A stretch of 63,382 nucleotides of DNA, counting the filler, from Dimorphilus gyrociliatus (taxonomy: Eukaryota; Animalia; Annelida), in the NCBI GenBank assembly GCA_904063045.1. It is 3 parts of 3 records of this genome, joined end to end, with 100 filler letters (N's around TTAATTAATTAA, not from the genome) between each part and the next. Parts side by side here need not be neighbours in the genome. Positions count along the whole stretch, not along the records: positions 1 to 26,652 come from CAJFCJ010000151.1; positions 26,753 to 58,199 come from CAJFCJ010000133.1; 1 more part is not named here. The stretch is one strand, 5' to 3'. Positions 24,890 through 36,152 of the stretch are shown one piece after another (the first letter of the stretch is position 1; every line of letters begins with the position of its first letter). The notes under the pieces were generated by a model. The model was not told the DNA's origin, made no database searches, and saw only the letters and a program-made list of their open reading frames with translations. A program made the position numbers and the translations under genes.

Positions 24890-25840
24890 GATAAAAATTG
24901 CTTTTAGAGCCCCTTAAAATTAGATTATATACCCCCTAATTTAATAAAAAGGTTGAGATTACTAGAAAAAATGATTGATCTCAACGCTTTTTTTCTTGTC
25001 GACTAAATTGAATATTTTGAAAAGAAGGTCATTATGTAAAAAATGTAAAATTTATAGAAACTTAGTAGCATATTATAATATAGATGGCTTAATTTGGATG
25101 TTTAAATCCAAAATATGTAGTAAGAGTAAAAGGGGAATCCGTGATGATGGAGTTCACTAAAATAAAAGCATCACTAAAAAAGAATTATAATCTTTAAATG
25201 GCCCATAAAAGCACCAATTATAGATATACTAAAAAAACATAATGAAAATTATAAACTCTATAAAACAGTCACATTTCTAATTAGAAGTAAAGTTACATGT
25301 GGCAGTTTAATTAAAATACGGGGCTCTAGTTTAGTCATAGAAATTGATGGAAGTCCTATTATTAATCTAAAATATAATGTAGGAGAATGTAATGCGCAAT
25401 TGTGGGTGGTTAGTGTTTTTATAGAAGCACAAAAATATGTTTTTTGAAGTTGTATAAAAAAGAGATCCATTAACTCTTCAAAAGAGTATTAATAAATATG
25501 AAAAAGAACTTCGCATTGTTATAAACGATGAATAAAAGGATATGATTACATAAAATATCATGATTATTTTATAATTAAACATACAATCAGATTTAAGGAC
25601 AAAAATCTCCCATAAATACATGCAAAAACATTGAAAATTAGTGGAGAATGATAAAGAATTACCTAAAAACCACAGAAGTAATATATAAATGTGTGTAGAC
25701 GATTATGTATTTTTAAAAGTAAAAACTCCACTTTGAGCTATTATGTCTTAAATGAAAATTATTAAAATGTCATTTTGAATTTAATTCTGTTTTTTCCCTC
25801 TAAAATTGAATTTTAAGGGGCTCTGAAAGCAATTTTTACC
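24890..25840 (+). mobile_element. Merlin transposon, family A, decayed
   Basis: TIRs G(A/G)TAAAAATTGCTTT.AGAGCCCCTTAAAATT; N-terminus similar to 5617-5961; remnant VIEIDGS...KYNVG...WV. Confidence 0.8.
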
Positions 25841-25900
25841 TGATTTTTATATTTTATGATATTTCAGTATAATAGCTTTATCGTTAATTCTATTAGTATA

Positions 25901-26652
25901 CAGTTGAAGACAGAAAAAAACGGTTCAAACTTAAAATTTCAAAAGCTCAATTGTTTATATTTCTCAGTTCAAACTCGTTTAGTGAAACTATAGTGGGATG
26001 CAAAACTATGCTCACTTTCTTGGAAAAGAGTGCAGCAAAAATTTAAACCTAAAAGTGAGGTATTGAGGAATTCTCCCACCTTTTTTTAATGTATTCTTTT
26101 TGTTTGGATAAAAATTTGATAGCTAATTTTTGTTTCAAAGTCGTAAAATCTACATAAGATTTATAGTTATACCCGAGTAATATCTTATTTACCTCTTTTA
26201 TTATTATAATTCCATCTTTGTATTCTGTTTTTAATTCTTTGAAGTCAACTGCTTGTTTTTCTTCAACTTCTATTCCTATCTCATCAAAATTAAATTTTCC
26301 GTTTCATCTTCTGTATTATCTCCTCTAAATGTCTTTTATATTTGGAAATCAGATTTGCTTTAATCCAATAATTTAATACTGTTTTTATGGGAAATGGTTT
26401 TATTGCTTGGGCCCGAGTAAATACCTCATATATATTAATTTTTTCATTAAATCGCAATGGCCGACGTCTAAAATTCTTTGTTTATTCAATATATCAGTTT
26501 TTAAATAATTATATTATTTGTCTTTGAATGGTTTTATTATTCCCATATCAAGAGGTTGTAATAGATTTGTTGAATTAGAAGGTAAAAACAGAAATCTAAC
26601 ATGAGAAAAATTGGTGATCTTGTGTCCCGAGAAGTTATCTAAAATAACGTAT
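25901..26652 (-). mobile_element. pogo/Tigger-like (DDE_1) transposon, truncated by the contig end
   Basis: TA|CAGTTGAAG terminus; LDNFSGH...FLPSNSTNLLQPLDMGIIKPFK on the minus strand. Confidence 0.8.
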
Positions 26653-26752
26653 NNNNNNNNNNNNNNNNNNNNNNNNNNNNNNNNNNNNNNNNNNNNTTAA
26701 TTAATTAANNNNNNNNNNNNNNNNNNNNNNNNNNNNNNNNNNNNNNNNNNNN
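26653..26752. other. Artificial contig-joining linker
   Basis: 44 N + TTAATTAATTAA (stops in all six frames) + 44 N. Confidence 0.98.
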
Positions 26753-27264
26753 TAGGTCTTAAGGTTATGATTAGAGTAAAATCATTGCCGTTTTCAACAA
26801 CATCTTTCCAGGGTTTTACATATTTGGTTTACGTGAACACCAGACAACCTTGAGAAAAAGGTTGTCTGATTTCCAATCTATAACAAGCTATGCTTAATAA
26901 TGTATTGTTTTTATCTCAAATCAATAATGGTTATTTTTTTAATCTCCTGAATAAAGTGGACTTTATAAAAAAATGTACACCTGTAAATTTTGATTTACAA
27001 AAAGAACTCTATTTTGTAGGAAATAAATTCTTTGCCCAGATTAGATGAAGCCATTATGGAATTTGCACCATTAAGTGTCTCTTCTCTTGATAAATTTTAT
27101 TGAAAGCGTCCTGACTTATTGTAGTAGTAGAACTACAACTTGCCAATCTTCTGGCAATTTCTTTTTCTCAATCCTGAATGTCTGAATAGACTAAAAAAAC
27201 TAGACCACATTTTGATCAACCGGTCTCAAACTTGAACAAAATCAATAGTGACCGGTTGAACAAA

Positions 27265-28106
27265 ATGGCAAAGGTATATAGATCATTGATAAATAACATT
27301 GGTAAATTCGTTCCACGGAGATTACAACCGTTTCGGAAGCATGAATCAGGTAGAAAGAATAATTTTGAATATGATGTTATTAACAATATGTAATTTCAGG
27401 TCCAAAAATAACATTTTATTGGGCACCAACTTTCAAATGGGTATACAATGGTTAAATAAACATTATTTACTGTAATAAAACTTTGATTGTATTTACAGGG
27501 GTTAGTTATAGCTGGTCTAGCTGACTATGCCCGACCAGCTGAATATTTGAGCCTCCCCCAATCTGTTTCCCTGGCTGCAATAGGTATTTTCATTTTTTCG
27601 CGTGGTTATAAAGTAAACACAGGTACGTTGGAACACCTCAAATTTTTATAGGCCAAATATTAAAAATCTTTTCACGATGAAAAAAGATTACTTTTTTTAT
27701 TTTTTTAGTGTTTAATAATAGGTTCAACTTGCCATTTTATATAAATTTCTTTAAAACAGCAGTTAGGTATGTTTATACCTAATATATTTTTTATAGAAAA
27801 TACCATAACCATTAATTAAAAGTTGGCCTATCAAAATTTACGGTGTCCATACACTCCTGTTGTCCACTTTATAAGAAGTTATGAATGTCAACCAAACCTC
27901 TTTTTGTCATCAACTGATTAATTATAAGATAGACAATGTGTTACCTATCTGGTTTTGCAGGATGCATCTGGGCAAGACATTCCCTACTTATATCTCCGGC
28001 AGCTTTAAGTTTACCTTTGTTCAACATTTTAGTGGCAATAATAGGATTCTCTCAAATTGGCCGCATATGGAATTATAAACAAAAAAAGAAAAAGGAGCAA
28101 GACTAA
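27265..28106 (+). CDS. MPC2: Mitochondrial pyruvate carrier 2 (BRP44), 4 exons, 118 aa
   Basis: Exons 27265-27349, 27400-27440, 27499-27583, 27961-28106, all GT-AG, 357 nt total. Protein: MAKVYRSLI...GPKITFYWAPTFKWGLVIAGLADYARPAEYLS...GCIWARHSL...QIGRIWNY. Confidence 0.92.
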
Positions 28107-29216
28107 AACAGACTTTTTTTGAATTATTCTATTCTCTCTGTTTTGCATAATGTTAATAAGTAATACATTACTGTTAAGAACTAATTTGAATAGTATAAGT
28201 TATTAAAATATTAACGACTGGATAGGTGTTGAACAGTAAAAAGAGGGTAAGAGGTTAAATATACTAAAAGTTAATAGACAGAATAAAAAAAATCAAACAA
28301 AGCTTATAAAAAAGTGCTCATTTTTTGGGAGTGAAACCATACCTGTTGATGGTAAAACTGTACTCAATGAGGTATAAAATTGCTATAACATTACCTTGTG
28401 GCTATAATAGTGGCTTTCAGATTAAGTCTTATGGCTCATGGTGAGGGTTTATTAATAAAGTTATAGTTGGTTTAATTCAAATTTATTGTGAAAGATTTAC
28501 ATCATATAGCTTATAGTCTTTCTCTCACCATAAGACCTATATTTGGTAGTGCTTCAGAGTTATGCTTAAAATGGAGTAGAAAAGTCAATAGATGCTTTGA
28601 CAGCTGTGTGTACTTTACCATGTTGTCAACTGTATTGGTATTGTTGATAAAGCAAGGTGTGTCTGTATCAAAGTCATCTACGCCTGATCTACAGCTTTCA
28701 TTATATTTTATGCTTTAATTATATTATTCTACACAGCTAATAACAATCTTACCTAAAAATCTATGTAAGAAAGCCCAATAATAGATGGTTGAATTATATT
28801 TCAATTAGTCAGAGCTAGGATCCATTATAGATAAGGTATGGCCAAGGTGTATCTCAATAAATCCTCCTAAATATTGAACCTTATGACTTACTGTTAGTAA
28901 AGAAATAGACAAAATTCACCAAGGTGATGATTGAATATCAGGGATAAACCTGAAAGTATATAAACACCTACTGTTCTATTCCTGTGTAACCCAATTTATC
29001 ATAATTTGATTTAGACATTCCATTAATGTTTCTGTTACATCATGTGAATCTAAGTAGAAAATATGCCATTGAATATCTAATTCTCAAAGACAGTGTTCAT
29101 ATATTAAAAAGAGAAAAAGTCACAAATTGAACTCTTCTATTAATTTTGTATCTACCCTGCGCCATCTCTAGATACAAAAGTTAAAATAATACTCAAGGTG
29201 TGAACCCATGAAAAGC

Positions 29217-29373
29217 GTACTTACCTGGCAGAAGGAATTGCTACGATCAATAAGGTAGCTTCGTCAGACTGAGGCCTTTCCATTGCACTTTGGATTGGTT
29301 GACGTCTGTGATCATTTCACATTGAGATGACTCAACTGTCCAATTTTTTTTAATAATCTTAAATTGATTTTTA
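29217..29373 (+). ncRNA. RNU1: U1 snRNA variant
   Basis: GTACTTACCTGG 5' end; SL1 loop GATCAATAAG; SL2 loop ATTGCAC; SL3 TCATTTCA/TGAGATGA; closing helix GGCAG/CTGTC. Sm region AATTTTTTTTA; 3' end uncertain. Confidence 0.9.
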
Positions 29374-31309
29374 GTTTTTCTTATGATATTTGCATTGTAA
29401 TTCTTGACTTAATGACAATATCAACTTGTGAATATACATCATCCATTACTTCTTTACTTCTCTGTATTTTCTTTTTCAGGACTATTTTCAACTGTGCTTT
29501 TTCTCTAAATCTGTTGAATTTTTCCATTATTTCTCTATGTTGGTGATTCTTCTCTATTTTTTTCCGATTTGATTTTAAGGCTACTGCTTCATCAAACTTA
29601 GTCTTTGGTATCTGTTTCTGAATGGTTTTAGTAGTATTTTTCTACACTTACTCCACCATGGGGTTAAGAAAGATATTGCATACCAACACTCAAAAATCAA
29701 GTAAGTGACTATAGAGGTTAACTGTCCTAATGGGGTCAACTGTCCAGATCCTGCAAGAGCAGTACACCAACATGCGGCACTGCAAAAACATGCCTGCCTC
29801 ATCTGTTTTTGAATAGGATATAATAAGTTTGACATGCATTTTTTCTATACTGTTTGTTCCTTTGTTAATTCCATAGTTGAACAATCTGTTATGATCAAAA
29901 AATCTATTTCCTACAAAATAAAGGTCTTTCTAAAATTCTGGAATCTAATTCTACTAAATAAAAGTCTTTCCAAATTCCCATTTAAAATTCCTATAAACGT
30001 TTCTGTATTATAATTGCTACAAAATAGAAGCCTTTCTAAAGTTCAAATATATCTAAAGTTGAAATATCATTGTTATTATTTCTAAGTGCACAGTATGCAT
30101 GCCTTAAAATGGGCTGAAATGTTGTGGCACTCTATCGAAAGATTCAGTTGAGATAAATTTTTTAATTTGGCTACAAATTAAATGAGCTAGATTTATTTTT
30201 AGAGTTTGGGATACAGTAAAGCTTATCAATCAAATGTGAATAATGGGAGGACAACATTAAAAAAGATATCAGAAATACCTTTCCTTCATTCTACTACTGT
30301 ACCAACAATCTTCAATTTAACTGAGCATGAAATGAAAGCAACAAACAGACATTCTGATTTGATAGACTATATCACATTACCATAATCAGATCTTTTTACC
30401 AATTGGTTAATGAATTAAATAAGGAAGCTTCCCTTATTGATGTTTATAAAAAATCTTGTCTTAAAAAGATGAAAAAACAGGGAAAAAAGAATATTTGAAT
30501 TTTCAGGTTAAAATATTCCAATTGTGGGATTTTCAAAATTTCGTATTAATAATAGAAATGGATGGGCTTGAGAAAAAACATACTAAGAAAAAAATGTGTT
30601 GGGGTATGTAAAGATGTTCTGGGCATCATTTTATCATCATTTTATTAAAACTGATATTTGCAAGATTGTTAATTGTATAATACGGCTCCAACCTAAATCA
30701 ATCTTTCTTGAATGTCATGGAGCATTTAGCAAGAATTGAATGAATATTTTAAACAATTTACATATTCTTCTACAAGGCCTAACATTTCAACACAACATGT
30801 AATTTTAGCATATATTATTTATTGATTGTTCTTTGAAACGAATATGTCTATGACTACAGAAGAAACTGTGTAGATACAAGATTAAAAGATAACTCATCTA
30901 ACAAGCAGATGATCAGATATTTCCTTCAAAGTGGTGACAATTTTCATTTTGAATTTGCCAGTTTTGTATTTACAATTAATAAGACACATTTTGCACTTAT
31001 CTAAAGTATTTTATCAAATCATATCTTCCTTATTTTAAGGTTACTTGAGAAAAATCAATTGTATTATGTTATATTGAAATTCTAGAAATTTCTGGCCCGA
31101 TAAAACTGTATTGATCCTTTCCAAACAATTGCCAGTTTATCAAAGTACTCACAAATAATAATAAAAGTGTAAAAACTATGTTTTAGACATCAATACCAAA
31201 GAGACGCATCAGCAAGTTATGACACACAAATGACTACTATGATTAGGAACAACTACATCTTTATATAGGATTGGGAAATAAGCAATTGCATTTCCTGTTA
31301 TTTTAAATG

Positions 31310-31990
31310 TTTATCCATTAGGATATGTAATTGGTGCGTAATAATATTTCCATCACCCATATTTGTATTGAAATTCAAATCTATGAAGTGGATATTGTCA
31401 CATTTTTTCAGAACACATGCAATATAAATACATTGCTCTTTAGTTAGATTGCAATCAGCAAATGCACACTTTGTCAGTGTTTTTGATGATTGTACAAGTA
31501 CATTACTAGATGAATGCTAACTTATCACCCATTTATTTACCACTTAAAATGATCTGTTCTAATTTTGATAAATTCAATAAAAAGTATCCCAATTCTTTAC
31601 ATTCTATAGCAGAAAAATTACAATATGCAAAATTAAGATATGTTAAACTGTTTAATTCTTTACATAATTGAATTAGTTTCTGTCTGTTATGTTATTAAAA
31701 ATCACATTAAATCTTTCTAAAAAATGTAATTATCTTATTTTAATGAGCTAATTGATTTCCATTGGGTAAAATGTATAAATTTACACCCACAAAAGATTAA
31801 ACTTCTTAAAGAGGTTGATGATTTTTTTAACCCTTGACAAATACTCAATAGTCCCTTTTTATTAATTTTTACATTTCTGCTCAAATCTACAGTTTCCAAA
31901 CTAGGAAAACTTTTCAATATTTTCCCAATTATTATTCATAGATTATCTGTTAACATTCACATTGATAAATTAATTTATTTTGTCTTTATA
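31310..31990 (-). pseudogene. Decayed RI-type LRR paralog of 34478-35845
   Basis: FPSLETVDLSRNVKINKKGLLSICQGLKKSS aligns with FPRLKIVNLSKNKEMGDNGVLSICQGLKKSS; several frame breaks. Confidence 0.8.
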
Positions 31991-32013
31991 ATATGAGCAA
32001 ATTTTCAAAGATA

Positions 32014-32016
<3 letters not shown>

Positions 32017-32046
<30 letters not shown>
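32017..32046. repeat. (AT)n microsatellite
   Basis: 30-bp perfect run. Confidence 0.95.
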
Positions 32047-32049
<3 letters not shown>

Positions 32050-32619
32050 AAAAATCTTTGTAGAAAACCTATCTGAAAAGTTAATTTTGTAATTGATTCA
32101 TTGAAATGTTTGAATATGATTTTAGTAAAAAGGTTGCTGAACAATAGGCAGTATAAAAGTATGAGTATTAGTGTATGTTTATATGTTAGTTTAGGAGAGT
32201 TAAAAGAACAAGAAAGAAGAAAAATGCATTAAATTCGGACAAAGAAATAATTTCCTTCCTGATTTAATTTAATCTGTAAAATTTCCTTAATTCTGTCATA
32301 TCTTGTTAAAGAGATAACCTCAATAAAATTAAATTCAATAAAAAAAATCATATTTGATTAATAGATTAAAAACTTATCAGTGAATTTTTCATGTTTTTTC
32401 ATATTAATATTTTTAACAGAAAAAATCTTCAAAAACTTTATTTTCTCTTTTGTAAAACTTCCTTTCTACAAAGAAAAAAAATATGAGCTTGGATCTCCTG
32501 ACCTAGACACATGATAGGCACTCACTCCTTCCTTCTTACATACATTCTCACGGACTCATACTGACACACAACAGCATACAGGCTCTGTTGAAAAATGAAT
32601 TGCTGAAAATGTTCTGCTT

Positions 32620-33142
32620 CCTTTTGCAATTATGGGAAATATTGTAAAAGTTGAAATAGAGTTTATCAAAATTAAGGATTACCTTAAATCAATTGATAAA
32701 CTTGCTGATTTCATTGATTATTTTGAACTTGGATTATGAATGATGTTTGTTCACCAAAAAGATGGTCTATCTATCAATGTGCAATAAGAACAAATAATGA
32801 TGTTGAGGGATTTCACAATCAGTTGAACATTTTATTCTGTGATAGATGAATTGAGAAGGAAAGCTGATCTTATAGCAGCATATCAAAGAATGTTATCAGA
32901 AAAGAAGATATTAAGATAACAAAGAAAGCTTTATAAGAACCTGCAAAATAAAATATTTTCAATTTGAAAAAGATTTGAAAACCATGAGATGACTTCCTCA
33001 GAAGTTCTAGAAAAGTGTTCTGAACTTTATTTATATTCAATTGTTCAAATAAACACACTTTCATTTCTTGTTTTATATATTTTAGGTTCAAAAATTTTGT
33101 GGCCGTTTTCTGTCTCAGTTGGGGCCATTTTCTGTCGTATTC
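32620..33142 (+). mobile_element. Mutator (MULE) relic: transposase C-terminus plus right end
   Basis: WSIYQCAIRTNNDVEGFHN; ends GGCCATTTTCTGTCGTATTC, same layout as the 63013 MITE termini. Confidence 0.75.
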
Positions 33143-33173
33143 TAAAGAATAGTATCAATGTAATATCAGACTG

Positions 33174-34366
33174 CTAAGAATGATTTATATTCATACCAGT
33201 TGATATCGGAAATGCTTTTACTCTTGTCTCAGACAAAGGTAAAACATCTGATGTCTGCTGAACATCTCTCTTTCTTCTAGTAGTTACTTCAAATTGAACT
33301 TTCAAAAATCCATTTGGTTGTAATGTAAAGGGAAGAAAACTAAAAGGAATGGAGCTCATTGAGTTAATAGAATACTGATCAGATGGGGAAGACTTTCTCG
33401 ATTTTATGGTGATAGTATCAGCCAAACTGATATCTAGCCTATTTAGAGACTGGTTACTCTCCTCTATAAAGGGTTAGATTATATTGATGATTATATTGAT
33501 AGGCTTAAGATGATTAAATATCAACTTATGATCATACTTTGTTATTCGCTTTCAATGTAGTGTTTTAGTTTTAACTTTAGCTGACTCATTAATATTGTTA
33601 AGAGTATGAAAATTTAAACATTGGCAACAAGCTAAAAAAAAACCTTTGTCAATTATGCATTTCTATTGCTTTCAAAGTTGGTAATGTGATTGGTTTTTAT
33701 TGATTTAAATTTTACATCATTGAAAATTGGACCATTAACGCAAGAGTGAGTAAATGCCAATTGTCTTTTTGAATCTGAAAAGAAATTACAACTATCAGAT
33801 GGCAATGTTGTACATTTTTTAACTCAACTATCATCCGTATAGATGAACTTTTGCAATTCGTCTGTACTTCCACAATTTGAATTGTAGCAAGATAATGACT
33901 TGTATCCAATTCTTCTGTATACTGAATTTGTTGAAGAACCAACACCATAGGTACAATCACTGTTGCTAAGCATACATACCGTACTGTTTTATGTTATATT
34001 TTTTTTTCTTTTAATATATTGCTTAGGTCAACATGACTAGAATTTAATACAGTTTTTAATTTTTTATTTTTCAAATTCAAATAATCTTATTTCTTCATTT
34101 CTATCTAAACTAATTGTAATTTTGTTAAAAACATGCATCATTATACTTGAACAGTATAATTTTTTTTTGTTGAAATACAAGATTTTGCTTTCAGTCCATA
34201 ACAGAGAAGATAGGGTGAACATTCTAAAGCAGAGTTGAAGATATATTTTGTCAAAGAGCTGAGTAGTAGATAATTCTTCAATTTTTGTATTTATTCTACT
34301 TAATTTTTTGCAGAATATAGTATTGATCAAAAATATCACAATGAATATGGCAAATTGGTATGGCAA
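33174..34366 (-). other. Possible exons of an unidentified secreted protein
   Basis: Signal-like MPYQFAIFIVIFLINTIFC (34064-34366), a Cys-containing open stretch at ~33800-33960 and a TRRKRD furin-like site (33174-33425). No family recognised. Confidence 0.3.
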
Positions 34367-34477
34367 AAATATAAATTCAAAATCATCTCAATCATTCACT
34401 AACTTGACCTTTGACCCTAGTAGATATTTTGTCTTATATGATTTATACATTAATGATTGTTAGGTTTGTCCAATGTA

Positions 34478-35845
34478 TTATTGCCTTTCTGCAAAACTCC
34501 AATCCAAGAAGTCATTGAGAAAATGAAACAGTCTAAACTCCAAAAGTGAACTCTCTTTATCCGTGGTCAAATAATTCAGCACCTTCTTGCATAGCATAGT
34601 TTTAATTTTTACTGATGGATCATCCATATCACCATCATCTCTAAAATCCATTTTGGTTATATAAGAACAAACTGATAACAGTAGGACTAAATATCTAGTT
34701 TGACTGTCAGATAAGAAACATCCATAACAGGAGACGGTTTGAAGAGTATTTTTTGATACTTCTAACCCATCACAAATATTTGCAAGTCCATCATCCATTT
34801 TTGCATTTAAAGACAAATTTATAGATTTTATGTTGGGACATTTGTTCAACAAATTTGCAATATAAATACATTGTTCTTTAGTTAGATTACAATCCATAAA
34901 AGATAAAATTCTTATTGAACTTGATGACTGTACAAGTGCATCACAGATGAATGCTAATTCATCACCCATTTCTTTATTACCAGTTAAATAGACTTCCTGT
35001 ATTTGTGATATATTCATTAAAAAATCTCCCAATACTTTACATTCCTTTGAAGACAAATTACAATATCCTAAATTAAGAGATAATAAAGTTTTTGAAGATG
35101 ATTTTAATGCATTACATATTGGAATCAACGCATTGTCTGTAAGGTTATTTCTACTCAAAATCAGTTCTTTTAAATAGCATAATTGTTCTAATAATGAGCT
35201 CATTGAATCCCATTGGTTGGAATTCAGAAAATTACATGCATTTAAATTTAAATTTCTTATATAATTTGATGATTTTTTTAAACCTTGACAAATGCTTAAT
35301 ACTCCATTATCGCCCATTTCTTTATTTTTACTCAAATTAACAATTTTCAATCTAGGAAAGTTTTCCAATATTTTCCCAATTTCTATCCATTCATTTTCAC
35401 TAAACAAACAATTTGATAAATTCAAATGTTTTAGATTATTTGATGATGGAATACGGCTATTCAAAATAATTATCAATCCATTCGCCATACCAGGATTACT
35501 ACTAAAATCAAATTTTTCTATTGAGGGATATTTTTCCAGTGAATCTGCAATCATTTTCCAAGATTTCTCATCTATTTCGCAATTTTTAAATTTTATACTT
35601 GTTATTGAAATTGACAATACTTTTAATCTTTTACATAAATAATAAAAATTTTCAGTTGTAAAATGAATAACATGTGTTAGAACAGCTGATTTGGATTCAT
35701 GAATTTCACACAATTTATTAATAAATGAAATATTCTCAATAGATCTATCTTCAATACCAAATTTAACATTAAAAAATTGATTTTTAGTTAATTGGTAAAT
35801 TTCTGAACAATTATTACAAGTAATATTATACTTGTCTCCAGGCAA
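34478..35845 (-). CDS. Ribonuclease-inhibitor-type LRR protein; N-terminus unclear
   Basis: 455-codon ORF of alternating 28/29-aa LRRs. Starts at TTG just after an in-frame TAA, with a MULE relic upstream. Confidence 0.8.
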   Translation of the reverse strand: MPGDKYNITCNNCSEIYQLTKNQFFNVKFGIEDRSIENISFINKLCEIHESKSAVLTHVIHFTTENFYYLCKRLKVLSISITSIKFKNCEIDEKSWKMIADSLEKYPSIEKFDFSSNPGMANGLIIILNSRIPSSNNLKHLNLSNCLFSENEWIEIGKILENFPRLKIVNLSKNKEMGDNGVLSICQGLKKSSNYIRNLNLNACNFLNSNQWDSMSSLLEQLCYLKELILSRNNLTDNALIPICNALKSSSKTLLSLNLGYCNLSSKECKVLGDFLMNISQIQEVYLTGNKEMGDELAFICDALVQSSSSIRILSFMDCNLTKEQCIYIANLLNKCPNIKSINLSLNAKMDDGLANICDGLEVSKNTLQTVSCYGCFLSDSQTRYLVLLLSVCSYITKMDFRDDGDMDDPSVKIKTMLCKKVLNYLTTDKESSLLEFRLFHFLNDFLDWSFAERQ

Positions 35846-35879
35846 AAGTTGGCATTAAAACTTTAAAAGAAGCTTTTGA

Positions 35880-36030
35880 GAAAAATGTATATAAAGATTT
35901 GTATGAATATATAGAAAACACATGGATTAGAGATTCTATTTGAACACCACAAAGCTGGTCTGTTTTTGGAATGAACAAATAATGATGTTGAAGCATGGCA
36001 ACAGAACACTTAATGAAAAAGCTTTGCTTA
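35880..36030 (+). mobile_element. Small MULE transposase relic
   Basis: DLYEYIEK.W..SI*TPQSWSVFG...TNNDVEAW resembles 40729-41040 and 50384-50845. Confidence 0.65.
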
Positions 36031-36152
36031 ATTCTTGATTCTACTTATTATTTTACCAATTAAAACCTGTATGTGCACTAAAAGAATTAAAAAAAACAAA
36101 CACTTTTCAAGCTAGTAGTATTCAAATGTATTACATTTATTTTTTTAAATAT

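Larger units (their letters stand above)
26753..30625 (+). repeat. Left arm of ~3.87 kb inverted repeat
   Basis: Reverse complement of 42321-46197 with only a few substitutions and four 1-nt indels seen; runs to the contig end. Confidence 0.97.

Noticed and set aside
29151-29171. GC-richer TCTACCCTGCGCCATCTCTAG at about -66 to -46 of U1 as a PSE
   Set aside because: The position fits a proximal sequence element, but there is no independent snRNA gene in the window to confirm a consensus.
29581-29884. Cys-rich ORFs (and mirrors 43062-43365) hinting at a PHD finger
   Set aside because: Cys/His spacing is incomplete in every frame and no splice model could be built.
30200-30345. THAP-like VPTIF motif in the IR arm
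   Set aside because: The upstream C2CH ligands could not be found in frame; a five-residue match is insufficient.
8410-35950. Possible TGA=Trp genetic code (TGA at conserved Trp sites in Merlin and MULE copies)
   Set aside because: Only in decayed TEs. TAG also replaces Trp in the Tc1, TAA stops occur in other relics, and intact genes use TGG. Ordinary nonsense decay.
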